Below are positions 27,841 through 37,544 of a stretch of DNA of 64,000 bases, one piece after another. Position numbers and translations under genes: made by a program. Source of the stretch: Acinetobacter phage EAb13; the sequence record OQ717042.1; one strand, 5' to 3'. Position 1 is the stretch's first letter, and each line of letters begins with the position of its first letter. Below the pieces are notes generated by a model. That model was not told the origin of the DNA. It made no database searches and was given only the letters and a program-made list of their open reading frames with translations.

Positions 27841-28829
27841 TGAGCTTTAAAAAAATAGCATCGTCCCTGAAAAAATTTCTGAATAATCAAGCAGATACAA
27901 TTAATGTTTTGACTATTCAGGACATGGTAGACAACAACTCGCACGGTACACCCACCTATGCAAAAATCATTGAAGCTTCAAAATGTAAGCAAACTGGAAA
28001 AGAGCTTATTACTTTTGAGTTATTTTTTCCTCGCTGTATTTTGGCCGAGAAAAACACACACCGTAAGCATTCAAAGAATACTGGCTCTAGCCGTGCTATT
28101 CCTGTATTGCGTGTTCTTAAAGATATTATGCGTTCACCCTTTAAACCTTTGTTCTGGGGTGCCAATAAGTCAGGTATGCAGTCAGCCACCACACTTCCAT
28201 TTTGGAAACGGGCTATCTGTAGCTTTATCTGGTCTACTCATCGTTATTATACTTATTTCACGGTTCGCTTATTAACCAAGCTTGGATTACATAAGCAGTG
28301 GACTAACCGATTGATGGAACCACACAGCTATGTTCGCCAAGTGGAAACCAGTGATAGCTTTGAAAACTTCTTTGACCTTCGCTACCATGATGATGCTCAA
28401 CCAGAGATCATTTTATTGGCTGCATTAATGTTAAAAGCAGTTGAAGAACTTCGCAGAAACAACAACTGGCGTAAGCTGGATGCAAATAAAATCGAAGATG
28501 CGCTTAACTGGCACCTTCCATATATTTTGTATGATGAGCGCATGAAGTACCGCGCTTATCCAAATTTCTTAGCCAAGTTATCTGCAGCTCGTACAGCGCG
28601 GACCAGTTACTTGACACAGGAAGGGGTTGAGCCTAAGCCAGAGAAGGAAATTGAAACCTTCAAGAAACTGGCCGAGTCTGTACCAATTCATGCGTCACCG
28701 CTTGAACATATCGCTTACCCACTGAAAGACGCTAAAGCACGGTCACGTAATTTTGAGGGGTTCATGCAGTATCGAGAGCTGTATGAGACAAAAGAATTTG
28801 GAAGCCCTATTGTAATTCCAAAAGTTTAA
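27840..28829 (+). CDS. ThyX-like protein (flavin-dependent thymidylate synthase family), divergent
   Basis: FPRCILAEKNTHRKHSKNTGSSRA aligns with the ThyX signature [21 protein letters not shown] (xHR-x7-S-x-R); at 329 aa it is longer than typical ThyX. Confidence 0.45.
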   Translation: MSFKKIASSLKKFLNNQADTINVLTIQDMVDNNSHGTPTYAKIIEASKCKQTGKELITFELFFPRCILAEKNTHRKHSKNTGSSRAIPVLRVLKDIMRSPFKPLFWGANKSGMQSATTLPFWKRAICSFIWSTHRYYTYFTVRLLTKLGLHKQWTNRLMEPHSYVRQVETSDSFENFFDLRYHDDAQPEIILLAALMLKAVEELRRNNNWRKLDANKIEDALNWHLPYILYDERMKYRAYPNFLAKLSAARTARTSYLTQEGVEPKPEKEIETFKKLAESVPIHASPLEHIAYPLKDAKARSRNFEGFMQYRELYETKEFGSPIVIPKV

Positions 28830-28847
28830 CATTATAGTGAATACATC

Positions 28848-28877
28848 AACGACACCCCTTTTCTGGTGTCGTTTTTG
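28848..28877 (+). terminator. rho-independent terminator
   Basis: AACGACACC-ccttttct-GGTGTCGTT followed by TTTTG. Confidence 0.65.
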
Positions 28878-28896
28878 TTACCTAAAGGAAAATAAC

Positions 28897-29937
28897 ATGT
28901 CAATTCCAAATGAATTTTTTAGAGAACTCCGTGGAGCCTTGAACTTTACACATTCAGAAGCTGGGTCACCACCACCAGAATTTTCTGCAGAACAAGCTGC
29001 AGCTATTCGTGAATTATTGTACCCAAAAGCAGCTTTATATATTTCACGTAAAAGCATTGAAGATTTAATCAAAGAAGGCAGACCAGTTGTTATTCAAGGT
29101 AAAGAATGGCGACCAGCTCGTATCTACATTACCCAAGGTTTGATGTATGACCAAGAGTTACCACCAGAAGCTGCACAAGATGAAACTTTTGAAGCCTTAA
29201 AACGTAAGCAATACTTAAAACACTATTTTGGCATTAGTGTTGAAGATTTTGAAGCAGGCGCTAAAAAAGCTGCAGAAGCTTTCAAAGCAATGGCTACTGC
29301 TGCACAAATGAAAACGAATCAATGTGAAGACCCTTGTTCGGGTAAATGTGGAGATATTAAAGTGACTCAAAACCGTAACCTTTCAAATGACCATGCTGGT
29401 GCTGTTTCTAAAGCTCATGCTGAACAGGTAAGCCAAGCTTCTGGTTTCCGTGAAGGTGGAATCCTATATGGTGCAGTAAAACGTTCAGATGATGCTTTCC
29501 ATACAAAAAGCCAAGATGGTTCGGCTATTGCAGAAGTTCCAAAAGATGCTGAACAACGTCGTATTCAAGAAAATCATGCTCAATCTGTAGCAATGGCTGC
29601 TGGTGGTCCATACAAAGGTGGCTTTGTTATTGAGCCAGCTAAAATGACCAATGTACGCCTTGGTTATACTGAACTTGCTAACGTTCTGGCTCTTGCACTT
29701 GAACAGGCACAGAACGGTAAAGGGAATGCTCGTCACCAAGTGGGGGCTACACCATTTCTTTCTCAACCGATTTGTGAACTTGCGCGTCTATATGGTGTAG
29801 GTTACAACTTTGGTCAGGCTGCTAAAAAAGCTCATGAAACTCAACAGCTTGATTCAAAACAAGCAAAATTAAATGAACTCCTTGGAGCTATTAACTACCT
29901 AGCTGCAGCATATCTTGTGATTGCTGAACAAGAATAA
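28897..29937 (+). CDS. hypothetical protein, possibly nucleotide-metabolism related (two-domain, Cys cluster CEDPCSGKCGD)
   Basis: ATG 28897 with AAAGGAAAATAAC RBS; the track start 28837 lies in the terminator. Placed between ThyX-like and RNR genes. Confidence 0.45.
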   Translation: MSIPNEFFRELRGALNFTHSEAGSPPPEFSAEQAAAIRELLYPKAALYISRKSIEDLIKEGRPVVIQGKEWRPARIYITQGLMYDQELPPEAAQDETFEALKRKQYLKHYFGISVEDFEAGAKKAAEAFKAMATAAQMKTNQCEDPCSGKCGDIKVTQNRNLSNDHAGAVSKAHAEQVSQASGFREGGILYGAVKRSDDAFHTKSQDGSAIAEVPKDAEQRRIQENHAQSVAMAAGGPYKGGFVIEPAKMTNVRLGYTELANVLALALEQAQNGKGNARHQVGATPFLSQPICELARLYGVGYNFGQAAKKAHETQQLDSKQAKLNELLGAINYLAAAYLVIAEQE

Positions 29938-30006
29938 GCACAATATCTAGTTGTCAAGACTATTTTTTAATACATTTTTGCAGTAAATTACTACCATCAC
30001 CACCAT

Positions 30007-30034
30007 AAAGGGCACGTCACGTGCCCTTTATTTT
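30007..30034 (+). terminator. rho-independent terminator
   Basis: AAAGGGCACG-tcac-GTGCCCTTT followed by ATTTT. Confidence 0.7.
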
Positions 30035-30053
30035 CGACTCTACAGGTAGAAAT

Positions 30054-32003
30054 ATGTTATTAAAAGACCATGTTGATTATTCGCGTGATCAACTCTTGTC
30101 AGCCTTTGGTATGGCAACGCTAAAAGACCGCTATCTAAAACCATTTGAATCATCACCACAAGAATTGTATATGAGAGCTGCAACTGCTTGGGGAAGTAAT
30201 AAAGCTCACTCTCTCAGACTATATGAATATGCCAGTAAAGGCTGGTTCGGTTTTGCAAGTCCAACTATTTCAAATGCCCCAATTCGTACAAATTACCTTT
30301 CAGACTCCGTAGCAAATTTCACACGCGAATGCTTTGAATCTGTAGAAGGTGCCTTACCTATCTCTTGTTTTACTGGTTATGTAGGCGACAACCGTGAAGG
30401 AATTGGTAACCATTACTATGAATCAGTTTGGTTAGCATCAAACGGTGGCGGTTACAAAGCTGCATGGTCAGCGTTACGCCCTATCAATTCAACTACTTCA
30501 ACTGGTTCTAAAACTGGTGGCCTTATCCCATTCTTTCACGTTATGGATGGCCTTATCATTGCTACTCACCAAGGCAATAACCGTCGCGGTGTTTATGGTG
30601 GTGCCTGTGACGTTAGCCATGTTGAAATCATTGAATTTATCAGCAGCCGTAAAATGTCTGGTGATAATAACAAGCGCTCTCGTAACATTTTCCAAACTGT
30701 CAATATCCCAGATATTTTCATGTACGCTGTACTTGAAGATGCTATGTGGGGATTATTGGACCACCATGGTAACGTTGTAAAAGAAATTAAAGCACGTGTA
30801 CTTTGGGAAATGATCATGGACATGCCATTTGAAACTGGTTGCCCATTCATCATGTGGTCTGACAGTGCTAACGACGGTTTACCAGCAACTCAAAAAGCAC
30901 TTGGCCTTAAAGTTCACAACCCTAACATCTGTACTGAAATCACATTGGCTACCAATAAAGATCGTACTGCTGTTTGCTGCTTGTGTTCACCAAATGCTGC
31001 TAAGTACGACGAATGGAAAGACCACCCGCACTTTATTTCTGACCTTACAGAAATGTTGGATAACATCCTTGAATACTTTATTCAAAATGCTATCTACACA
31101 TGTACTAAGGATTATGACTGGGATAAGTTGAAAGACACCATTCGTACTACTTTAGGTGAAATGGAAATCTACTTGACCGAAGATCAAGTTGCAAACATGG
31201 CTAAGTCTATCGTTGAAAAGAACATCATGGGCTATAAAAAAGCTGTGTATTCTGCTAAACGTGAACGTGCTATCGGTATTGGTTTAATGGGCTTAGACAC
31301 GTACTTCATGTCTAAAGAAATTGCTTATGAATCAAACGAAGCCTTGGCTCTTACCCAAGAAATCACTGAAAATATCAAAGCCAATTTTGTCAAAGCTTCT
31401 AAGCGTTTAGCCATTGAACGTGGTGAACCAGAGGACATGAAAGGCACTGGTATGCGTAACTCACATGGTTTAGCTATTGCACCAACTGCAACTAACTCAA
31501 TCATCGTGAATGTGACTGCAGCATTAGAAAAATGCTACGAGAACATTTATACGCAAAAAACTAAGTCTGGTACTTTTGAAGTAATCAACCCAGCACTGGT
31601 TAAATTACTTGACAAGTATGGAATCAATACTCCTGAAACTCGCAAGTCAATTGCAGACCAGAATGGTTCGGTCCAACACATTGAACAATTCACAGATCAT
31701 GAACGTAAATATTTACGCACATCATTTGAAATTGACCAGCGTTGGGTAGTTGAACATGCAGCGGTAGCACAAAAATCTGTGTGTCAAGCTATATCTGTGA
31801 ACCTGTTCTTTAAACCAGAAACGCCACGTAAATATGTAAACAACGTTCACTTGCTTATGTGGAAACGTGGTTTGAAAACTCGCTACTATGTTCGTACTAA
31901 AGCAGTCAATACTGCAGATGCTTTTGCTGACGAATTAATTAAAAATTACCAAACTATTGATTATTCTGCAGATTTCAATGGTTGTGTAGCTTGTGAAGCA
32001 TAA
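30054..32003 (+). CDS. nrdA: ribonucleotide reductase class I large subunit
   Basis: ~650 aa; followed with overlap by a ferritin-like small subunit; conserved cysteines near the C-terminus (NGCVACEA). ATG 30054 preferred over the GTG 30021 inside the terminator. Confidence 0.85.
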   Translation: MLLKDHVDYSRDQLLSAFGMATLKDRYLKPFESSPQELYMRAATAWGSNKAHSLRLYEYASKGWFGFASPTISNAPIRTNYLSDSVANFTRECFESVEGALPISCFTGYVGDNREGIGNHYYESVWLASNGGGYKAAWSALRPINSTTSTGSKTGGLIPFFHVMDGLIIATHQGNNRRGVYGGACDVSHVEIIEFISSRKMSGDNNKRSRNIFQTVNIPDIFMYAVLEDAMWGLLDHHGNVVKEIKARVLWEMIMDMPFETGCPFIMWSDSANDGLPATQKALGLKVHNPNICTEITLATNKDRTAVCCLCSPNAAKYDEWKDHPHFISDLTEMLDNILEYFIQNAIYTCTKDYDWDKLKDTIRTTLGEMEIYLTEDQVANMAKSIVEKNIMGYKKAVYSAKRERAIGIGLMGLDTYFMSKEIAYESNEALALTQEITENIKANFVKASKRLAIERGEPEDMKGTGMRNSHGLAIAPTATNSIIVNVTAALEKCYENIYTQKTKSGTFEVINPALVKLLDKYGINTPETRKSIADQNGSVQHIEQFTDHERKYLRTSFEIDQRWVVEHAAVAQKSVCQAISVNLFFKPETPRKYVNNVHLLMWKRGLKTRYYVRTKAVNTADAFADELIKNYQTIDYSADFNGCVACEA

Positions 32004-32013
32004 GGAAAATAAC

Positions 32014-33054
32014 GTGGAAAATCAAGAAGTTAGCACTTTTAAATTAACCGACAAACGCCCATACTATAAGCCATTTACATACCCATGGGCTTATCAGTAT
32101 GCCGAAGAACACCGTCGTATGAACTGGACTAAAGAGGAAGTTCGGTCATTACACGAAGACATTATGGACTGGCACTCTCTTTCTGAGGAACGTCGTAAAC
32201 CATTAGAACTGTTGCTTTTATATTTCACTCAAGCAGACTGGGATATTGGTGACTCATACGTTGAAAACCTGTTCCGCTGGTATAAAATGCCAGAGCTTCG
32301 CATGGGCCTTATCCGTACTGTTGACCGTGAAGCAACACACGTTGATAACTATGACTTGCTACCAGACCAGTTTGGTATCCCACATCGTAACTATAAAGCT
32401 TTGATGGATATTGATGCTATCTATGACCAGCATGAATTTATGGTTGCTAAAACTGAGGGTGATACTGTTGAAGATCGCTTGATGATTTTAACCAAGCATA
32501 TCTGTGGTGAAGGTATTTCTATTTACGGTATTTTCTTAATGCTGTTAAATGAATCACGCTTCGGCCGCATGAAGTGTTTAGGTCAGGAAATTGTATCTTG
32601 GTCAGCACGTGATGAAAACCAACACGTAGCTTTCCTTACTAAAATTTTCCGTACCGAACTTGAAGAAAACCCAGAGGTTGATTTAGAGCATGTTCGCCAA
32701 GTTGTGATTGCTTTAATTCGCTTAGCTGTTGAACGTGCCATTGCAATGGCTAAGACAGTGTTAAGCTATGGGCCACTTGAAGATTTGGACCTTGACCAGA
32801 TTGCATACTTCTTAATGCAGTTAGCCAATGTACGTGTTAAACGTATGGGCCTTGGCATTGAATCTATCTATGACGTAGACGCTATCGTTCGTCTTGATTG
32901 GGCAGGTGCTTTGTTCCGTGGTTCATTGGATAACTTCTTTGAAACTGCAGGTACTAACTACCAGATTGGTGCACTTGTAGGTGATTGGGAATACCCAGAA
33001 GCTGGCACTTATTTCAAAGATACAGACTACGAAAAAATGCTAATGAATGGTTAA
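32014..33054 (+). CDS. nrdB: ribonucleotide reductase class I small subunit
   Basis: Ferritin-like di-iron protein with paired E..H motifs (DREATHVDNYD; ARDENQHVAF); start GTG 32014 after AAGGA, or GTG 31993 overlapping nrdA. Confidence 0.8.
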   Translation: MENQEVSTFKLTDKRPYYKPFTYPWAYQYAEEHRRMNWTKEEVRSLHEDIMDWHSLSEERRKPLELLLLYFTQADWDIGDSYVENLFRWYKMPELRMGLIRTVDREATHVDNYDLLPDQFGIPHRNYKALMDIDAIYDQHEFMVAKTEGDTVEDRLMILTKHICGEGISIYGIFLMLLNESRFGRMKCLGQEIVSWSARDENQHVAFLTKIFRTELEENPEVDLEHVRQVVIALIRLAVERAIAMAKTVLSYGPLEDLDLDQIAYFLMQLANVRVKRMGLGIESIYDVDAIVRLDWAGALFRGSLDNFFETAGTNYQIGALVGDWEYPEAGTYFKDTDYEKMLMNG

Positions 33055-33060
33055 AACCTA

Positions 33061-33094
33061 AAATAAAAATACCGCCAGCTGGCGGTATTTTTTA
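33061..33094. terminator. bidirectional rho-independent terminator at the convergent junction
   Basis: AAATAAAAAT-ACCGCCAGCTGGCGGT-ATTTTTTAT: perfect palindrome flanked by an A-run and a T-run; the fibre gene stop lies in the T-tract. Confidence 0.85.
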
Positions 33095-34087
33095 TGAAAC
33101 AAATTCACTTGGATTATAGTTGCCAGCGATTTGGCTCACGACACGTTCAATCATTAAACCTTCAATATGAAATTGGTTACCTGCTTCATTATCACCATTT
33201 GGATAGAAACCAATAACAGCACCGCCACTTGTATTTGCAATGAAGCTGATAGAGTATCGAGTCATTGTTCCAGTCAAAACCAATGGGTGAGGTGTAGTCA
33301 CAGCAAAGTTACCATCTGCTAATCGGATGACACAACGCATTTTTTTACCTGCAGTTGCAGCCATGGCGTAGAAGCTGTAAATATATTGAACCCCAGCTAC
33401 CAGTTGAATGTTCTCGTAGGTGTCTGGTGTATCGTCAAAATAAATATAAGCATCTGGGTTAGCAGCATTGGTACATTCAATTGTTAAGCGTTTGCCACGG
33501 ACATGTTTTAATAAACCATCACTGACTGTGGCCGTAACATCCGCTTTGGCCCAGCTTGCAACACCCACAAAGTCTTGGATATATTTTGAGAGCAGGTTAA
33601 TACCCGCGCCAGCTTTACTAAGTAAGCCATACATCAAACCACGAACCTGTGACACAGCACCGATGGTTGCAGCTACACTATGTTCATTTTCAGCAGAATA
33701 AATATCCCCACTCAAGGCCACAATACCTGTCTGACCAACTGCAGCAGCGCGAATATTATTCATCGTGATATTGGTAATTAAACCTTGGGCATTGACGGTG
33801 ATCGAAGGTGTTTGGATGGTGGACATATATGTTCCAGCAACCACCCCAGAATTTGCCAAGGTTAATATTGCAGACTTATTCCCAGAACCATCAAAGCTGA
33901 CAGAACCTGTGACCGAACCAGAAAAGGAAAGGGTTATAGGTGCGGCCCACTTACTGGCAGATACAGCGTTGTCTGTAGAATTTAATTTATTTTGGTTCAG
34001 GTTTTTAATATCTTCACCGACTTTGGCAGCAAGCTGGTTTACACCTACTGCTACCTGTTCGGCCGTTAATGCTTCAATTGTCTCAGC
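33092..34087 (-). CDS. distal tail fibre protein
   Basis: Immediately downstream of the J-like gene; Gly/Ser-rich repeats SGSVTGSVSFDGSGN; ATG 34087 (MAETIE) preferred because the track start 34117 lies inside a terminator hairpin. Confidence 0.5.
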   Translation of the reverse strand, partial: AETIEALTAEQVAVGVNQLAAKVGEDIKNLNQNKLNSTDNAVSASKWAAPITLSFSGSVTGSVSFDGSGNKSAILTLANSGVVAGTYMSTIQTPSITVNAQGLITNITMNNIRAAAVGQTGIVALSGDIYSAENEHSVAATIGAVSQVRGLMYGLLSKAGAGINLLSKYIQDFVGVASWAKADVTATVSDGLLKHVRGKRLTIECTNAANPDAYIYFDDTPDTYENIQLVAGVQYIYSFYAMAATAGKKMRCVIRLADGNFAVTTPHPLVLTGTMTRYSISFIANTSGGAVIGFYPNGDNEAGNQFHIEGLMIERVVSQIAGNYNPSEFVS

Positions 34088-34103
34088 CATAAGTTGGACC
34101 CAT

Positions 34104-34129
34104 AAAAATACACCCATATTAATGGGTGT
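34104..34129 (-). terminator. rho-independent terminator between J-like gene and fibre gene
   Basis: On the minus strand ACACCCAT-taat-ATGGGTGT followed by ATTTTTAT. Confidence 0.6.
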
Positions 34130-34142
34130 ATTCTATCAGAGA

Positions 34143-37100
34143 TTAAGTGGAGCTGTTGTTATAAACAGCAGTTGGGTCAAAACCGTTGGCTGATACCGCT
34201 GGTACAATCACCTCAGCCCATTCAGAATCTAAAGCATTGTATTCATAATCTGGTGGGTCGCCAATCACACCACTCTTATCTGAGACACGAATCTTGATCT
34301 TGGCACCAACAAAGGTTTCATCTGGTGCAAACAATACGCCACCAATACTGTTATCCACTTCATAATAAATATCAAAGATACCTGAATTAGCTGGTGTACT
34401 TGCTGCCTTGCTAGGTAATGTAATATATCCATAAACACGATAATCACCGTCATTATGATCTGAAATAATCGCAAAGAATGGTGACCAAGCATATTGCTCT
34501 CTAAAAGCCTGCTCAAACTGTGGGTACTGACTATAATTTGGAATCTGTACAACCATGTGAACAAATACCATACCTTCTGGTGCAGTACGAAGATTCCAGC
34601 TCTGTTTAGCGCGAGTATATGACTCAATACCAAGGATTACTGGTTTAGGATATTTAGCAACTGGTAAGCCGCCAGAATCATCACCGTAATAAGTCCAAAT
34701 ATCAGTTTTTTGAGTATCCACAAAGCCAGAGTTTGCAGCGCTTGTAGCTTCATAACGTAAGCCCATTTTGTAAGTACCAGCACCAACATATGGAATATCG
34801 AAGTAAGTGGCACTTACACTGATAGGTTGGTTAGCGCTTGATCTATTTGGAGCTGAGTGATTGACATAAGCTTCGTTATAAATCAAACCAGTGTATGGTT
34901 GGAAGTTAGCTTGCGTAAACGCAAAACGAATACTTTTAGTTGGTGCGTAATATTCAGCAGAAATAAACTTAGGTAAACCATTTTCCTGAGCTTTACCAAG
35001 CTGGACGTTATCCATAATCAATGGCTCACCAGCTTCACCAGCTTTGTTGAAAGGTGTAATTTTCAATTTCAAACTGGTTGTCTCAGGGAAGGCTGGGGCC
35101 AAGACACCTTCTGTGTCAAACAAAATGGTTTCTCGCGCTTCACCAGATTCTTTGTTTACCCAAGTTACTTTGTATTTGTATGCTGGGTCAATGATATTGA
35201 ACTTAATACCGTAGGTTACTTGGCCTAAAGCATTTGACAAATCACGGAGCCACAGCTGCACATCAAACGGTGTGCTTGGGATACGGTCACGCTTATAGGT
35301 TAAATCCAAGCTGTTGTACTTGAAGTTTACCAAGGTTGGGTCATTAATATTGTCAATAGCTTGGTACTTAATCGGTGCAACCAAAGCACCTTTAAAAGTA
35401 AACAATTCGCCTTGGGCAACATCTGACGAGTCAGCTTGTTCAATACTTAGGACACGGAAAATTTTAGGTTCCCCGTACACGCCACCCGCTAGGCCAATAG
35501 GTGTTTCTGAAATTGTATTCAGGTACTGATTCACCTCATCGACTTTTGTATTGTCTGTCATAACCAGTTGATGTGGGTTCAGGCTCATAACAGGCACACT
35601 TAAAATACCATCTAAGGTATGCATGTACATGGTATAAGTCTCTTGGGTTCCCATTTCAACCAAAGCATCACGAAGGGTAACTGTACGAGTTTCACTATCG
35701 TAGCTGGAAATACGAGTCCCTAAACCCCAGTCCATTTCCTTGTCGAAAATGTAGAAATTGTCATATAAATCAACAACATGACCTAAACGCGGTTGAGAGA
35801 AAGTTACAAACGTATTTTCCTCTTTATTTGTGTACATCAAGTAAACTGCTTGACGAATAGCTTCACTCAGATTGGTTGCACCAACTGATTGGAAAGCGTA
35901 AGGAATAATACCGTTCACCGCTTGGCTTTCTTCATCCAATAAAACACGACGGTCCTCTTGGTAATCATTTGCAGCATTGGCAAAAATCACACGGATGAAG
36001 TTGTATCGTGATGAAAGGTCAGAACGGTAATAATTCAAGCCAGTTTGGAATGCAGTTTCTGTACTCACAAAAAACTTAGGTGCTTTTGGCTTATCAATGA
36101 AGAAACGATATACCCCGAACATTTCACGGCTAGTTGCATGGAATGAACCAAGAACGTACTTTAAGTATTCGTCAATGTCACGTTCAGCGCCAATGGCTTC
36201 ATTAAAAGTATGACGAGGTTTCATATCACCATTAAGGTCTGGTACTTTCTCATCACAATACTGTATAGCTTCCATCAGGCTGGCGTTATCAACACGTAGC
36301 TGTGGCTCACTAGCTCTTTTACCCCAATCGCGGTTCATGATGATCTCACGCGCAATCAGAGCATTGTTATCTGTCCATGCACGTTTAAAACGACCATCCC
36401 AGACACCAGCCCAAGTTTTTGTGATTGGATTGTAGTTGACTGGCACTTCACACATGAAACCCATGATCTCAGCAGCAAAGTCAGGCACGTCGTCAAAACG
36501 GTCTGTATGCTGGGCCACAACTTGACACATAGCTGTTTTTGGATAAGCCTTTTCTGCAGCAGTGATTACACTCATACTTTCAAGGCTGATTGTCTTAGCT
36601 GAGTATTTCTTTTCCTCAGAAGTCAATTCTTTACTTTTACGAACTACCTGAATTTCCCAATCCTGATTAGTTTCACTATCATCAAAAATTGGAATGCTCA
36701 GTTCATAAATATAACCAGCGGTGGTTTTACCACTCACTACGATCATTTCATTTTGAATCTGAGCTGTAGTTGTTCCAGTTGGAAGCTGAGATAAATACTT
36801 TTCATAAAGGTCTACAGAATAGGCACGACGAATTAAACGACCATAACCGCCATTCTGGTATTGGATTTCAGTTTCTGCAGGAGTGTCTAAGTTACCCAAA
36901 TCTTCGGAAACAATGTTCTTGAGTTCTTTTAATGTCTTTAACTCAAATTCATATTGTTGAGCTTTAGACATAGCATCAAAGTCAAGACCTTGATCTTTGG
37001 CCGCTTGGCGAAGGGTAGCAACCTTACGCTTATATTGAATTAACGTTTCTGTAGTTTCATTCACATAGCGCCAGTTAGTTTCACCAACACGACGATATCG

Positions 37101-37532
37101 AATTTGGAAAATCACAGATGATTCATACGAGTTTTGACCATCACCAGCATACAATTGGTTAATCAAAATACGCACATCAATACTGGTAATAGCCCCACGA
37201 TATTCTGCAGGTGTAACAACAGTACGAACAACATCAGCAGGTAAAGATAACCCCAACGTAGAGTTAATAACCGAAGATTCACCACCTGAAAAATAGCGAA
37301 TAGGTTGGTCATCCATATAACCATGGCGAATGTTTACAGCCACATCTTGGAAGTTGTATTCCCCAGTCTCTGACACCAAAGCAATATTATTGATAAAGAA
37401 AGATTTTAAACCATCTTTTAATCCAAAAATGGTTCCTTCACACATACCAAATGCCAGCTCTACAATATCTTGGCTATATAAGTTATCGGCCGCAATCGTA
37501 GGGCTAGGCGGTTGTTTTTTCTTACCACCCAT
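34143..37532 (-). CDS. tail tip/host specificity protein J-like (1129 aa)
   Basis: N-terminus MGGKKKQPP...DNLYSQDIVELAFGMCEGTIFGLKDGLKSFFINN matches the lambda gpJ N-terminal pattern; follows gpI-like gene. Confidence 0.8.
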   Translation of the reverse strand: MGGKKKQPPSPTIAADNLYSQDIVELAFGMCEGTIFGLKDGLKSFFINNIALVSETGEYNFQDVAVNIRHGYMDDQPIRYFSGGESSVINSTLGLSLPADVVRTVVTPAEYRGAITSIDVRILINQLYAGDGQNSYESSVIFQIRYRRVGETNWRYVNETTETLIQYKRKVATLRQAAKDQGLDFDAMSKAQQYEFELKTLKELKNIVSEDLGNLDTPAETEIQYQNGGYGRLIRRAYSVDLYEKYLSQLPTGTTTAQIQNEMIVVSGKTTAGYIYELSIPIFDDSETNQDWEIQVVRKSKELTSEEKKYSAKTISLESMSVITAAEKAYPKTAMCQVVAQHTDRFDDVPDFAAEIMGFMCEVPVNYNPITKTWAGVWDGRFKRAWTDNNALIAREIIMNRDWGKRASEPQLRVDNASLMEAIQYCDEKVPDLNGDMKPRHTFNEAIGAERDIDEYLKYVLGSFHATSREMFGVYRFFIDKPKAPKFFVSTETAFQTGLNYYRSDLSSRYNFIRVIFANAANDYQEDRRVLLDEESQAVNGIIPYAFQSVGATNLSEAIRQAVYLMYTNKEENTFVTFSQPRLGHVVDLYDNFYIFDKEMDWGLGTRISSYDSETRTVTLRDALVEMGTQETYTMYMHTLDGILSVPVMSLNPHQLVMTDNTKVDEVNQYLNTISETPIGLAGGVYGEPKIFRVLSIEQADSSDVAQGELFTFKGALVAPIKYQAIDNINDPTLVNFKYNSLDLTYKRDRIPSTPFDVQLWLRDLSNALGQVTYGIKFNIIDPAYKYKVTWVNKESGEARETILFDTEGVLAPAFPETTSLKLKITPFNKAGEAGEPLIMDNVQLGKAQENGLPKFISAEYYAPTKSIRFAFTQANFQPYTGLIYNEAYVNHSAPNRSSANQPISVSATYFDIPYVGAGTYKMGLRYEATSAANSGFVDTQKTDIWTYYGDDSGGLPVAKYPKPVILGIESYTRAKQSWNLRTAPEGMVFVHMVVQIPNYSQYPQFEQAFREQYAWSPFFAIISDHNDGDYRVYGYITLPSKAASTPANSGIFDIYYEVDNSIGGVLFAPDETFVGAKIKIRVSDKSGVIGDPPDYEYNALDSEWAEVIVPAVSANGFDPTAVYNNSST

Positions 37533-37544
37533 AAGGGTACTCCA

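Noticed and set aside
30021-30053. GTG 30021 as the nrdA start, and ATG 4876, 28837 and 34117 as starts of their genes
   Set aside because: Each lies inside the stem or T-tract of an upstream rho-independent terminator. Downstream ATGs with good RBS (30054, 4936, 28897, 34087) are more plausible.
30445-31131. ORFs 30445..30780 and 30829..31131 (+) and 30498..30853 (-) inside nrdA
   Set aside because: They are alternative-frame or antisense ORFs within a well-supported RNR large subunit gene.
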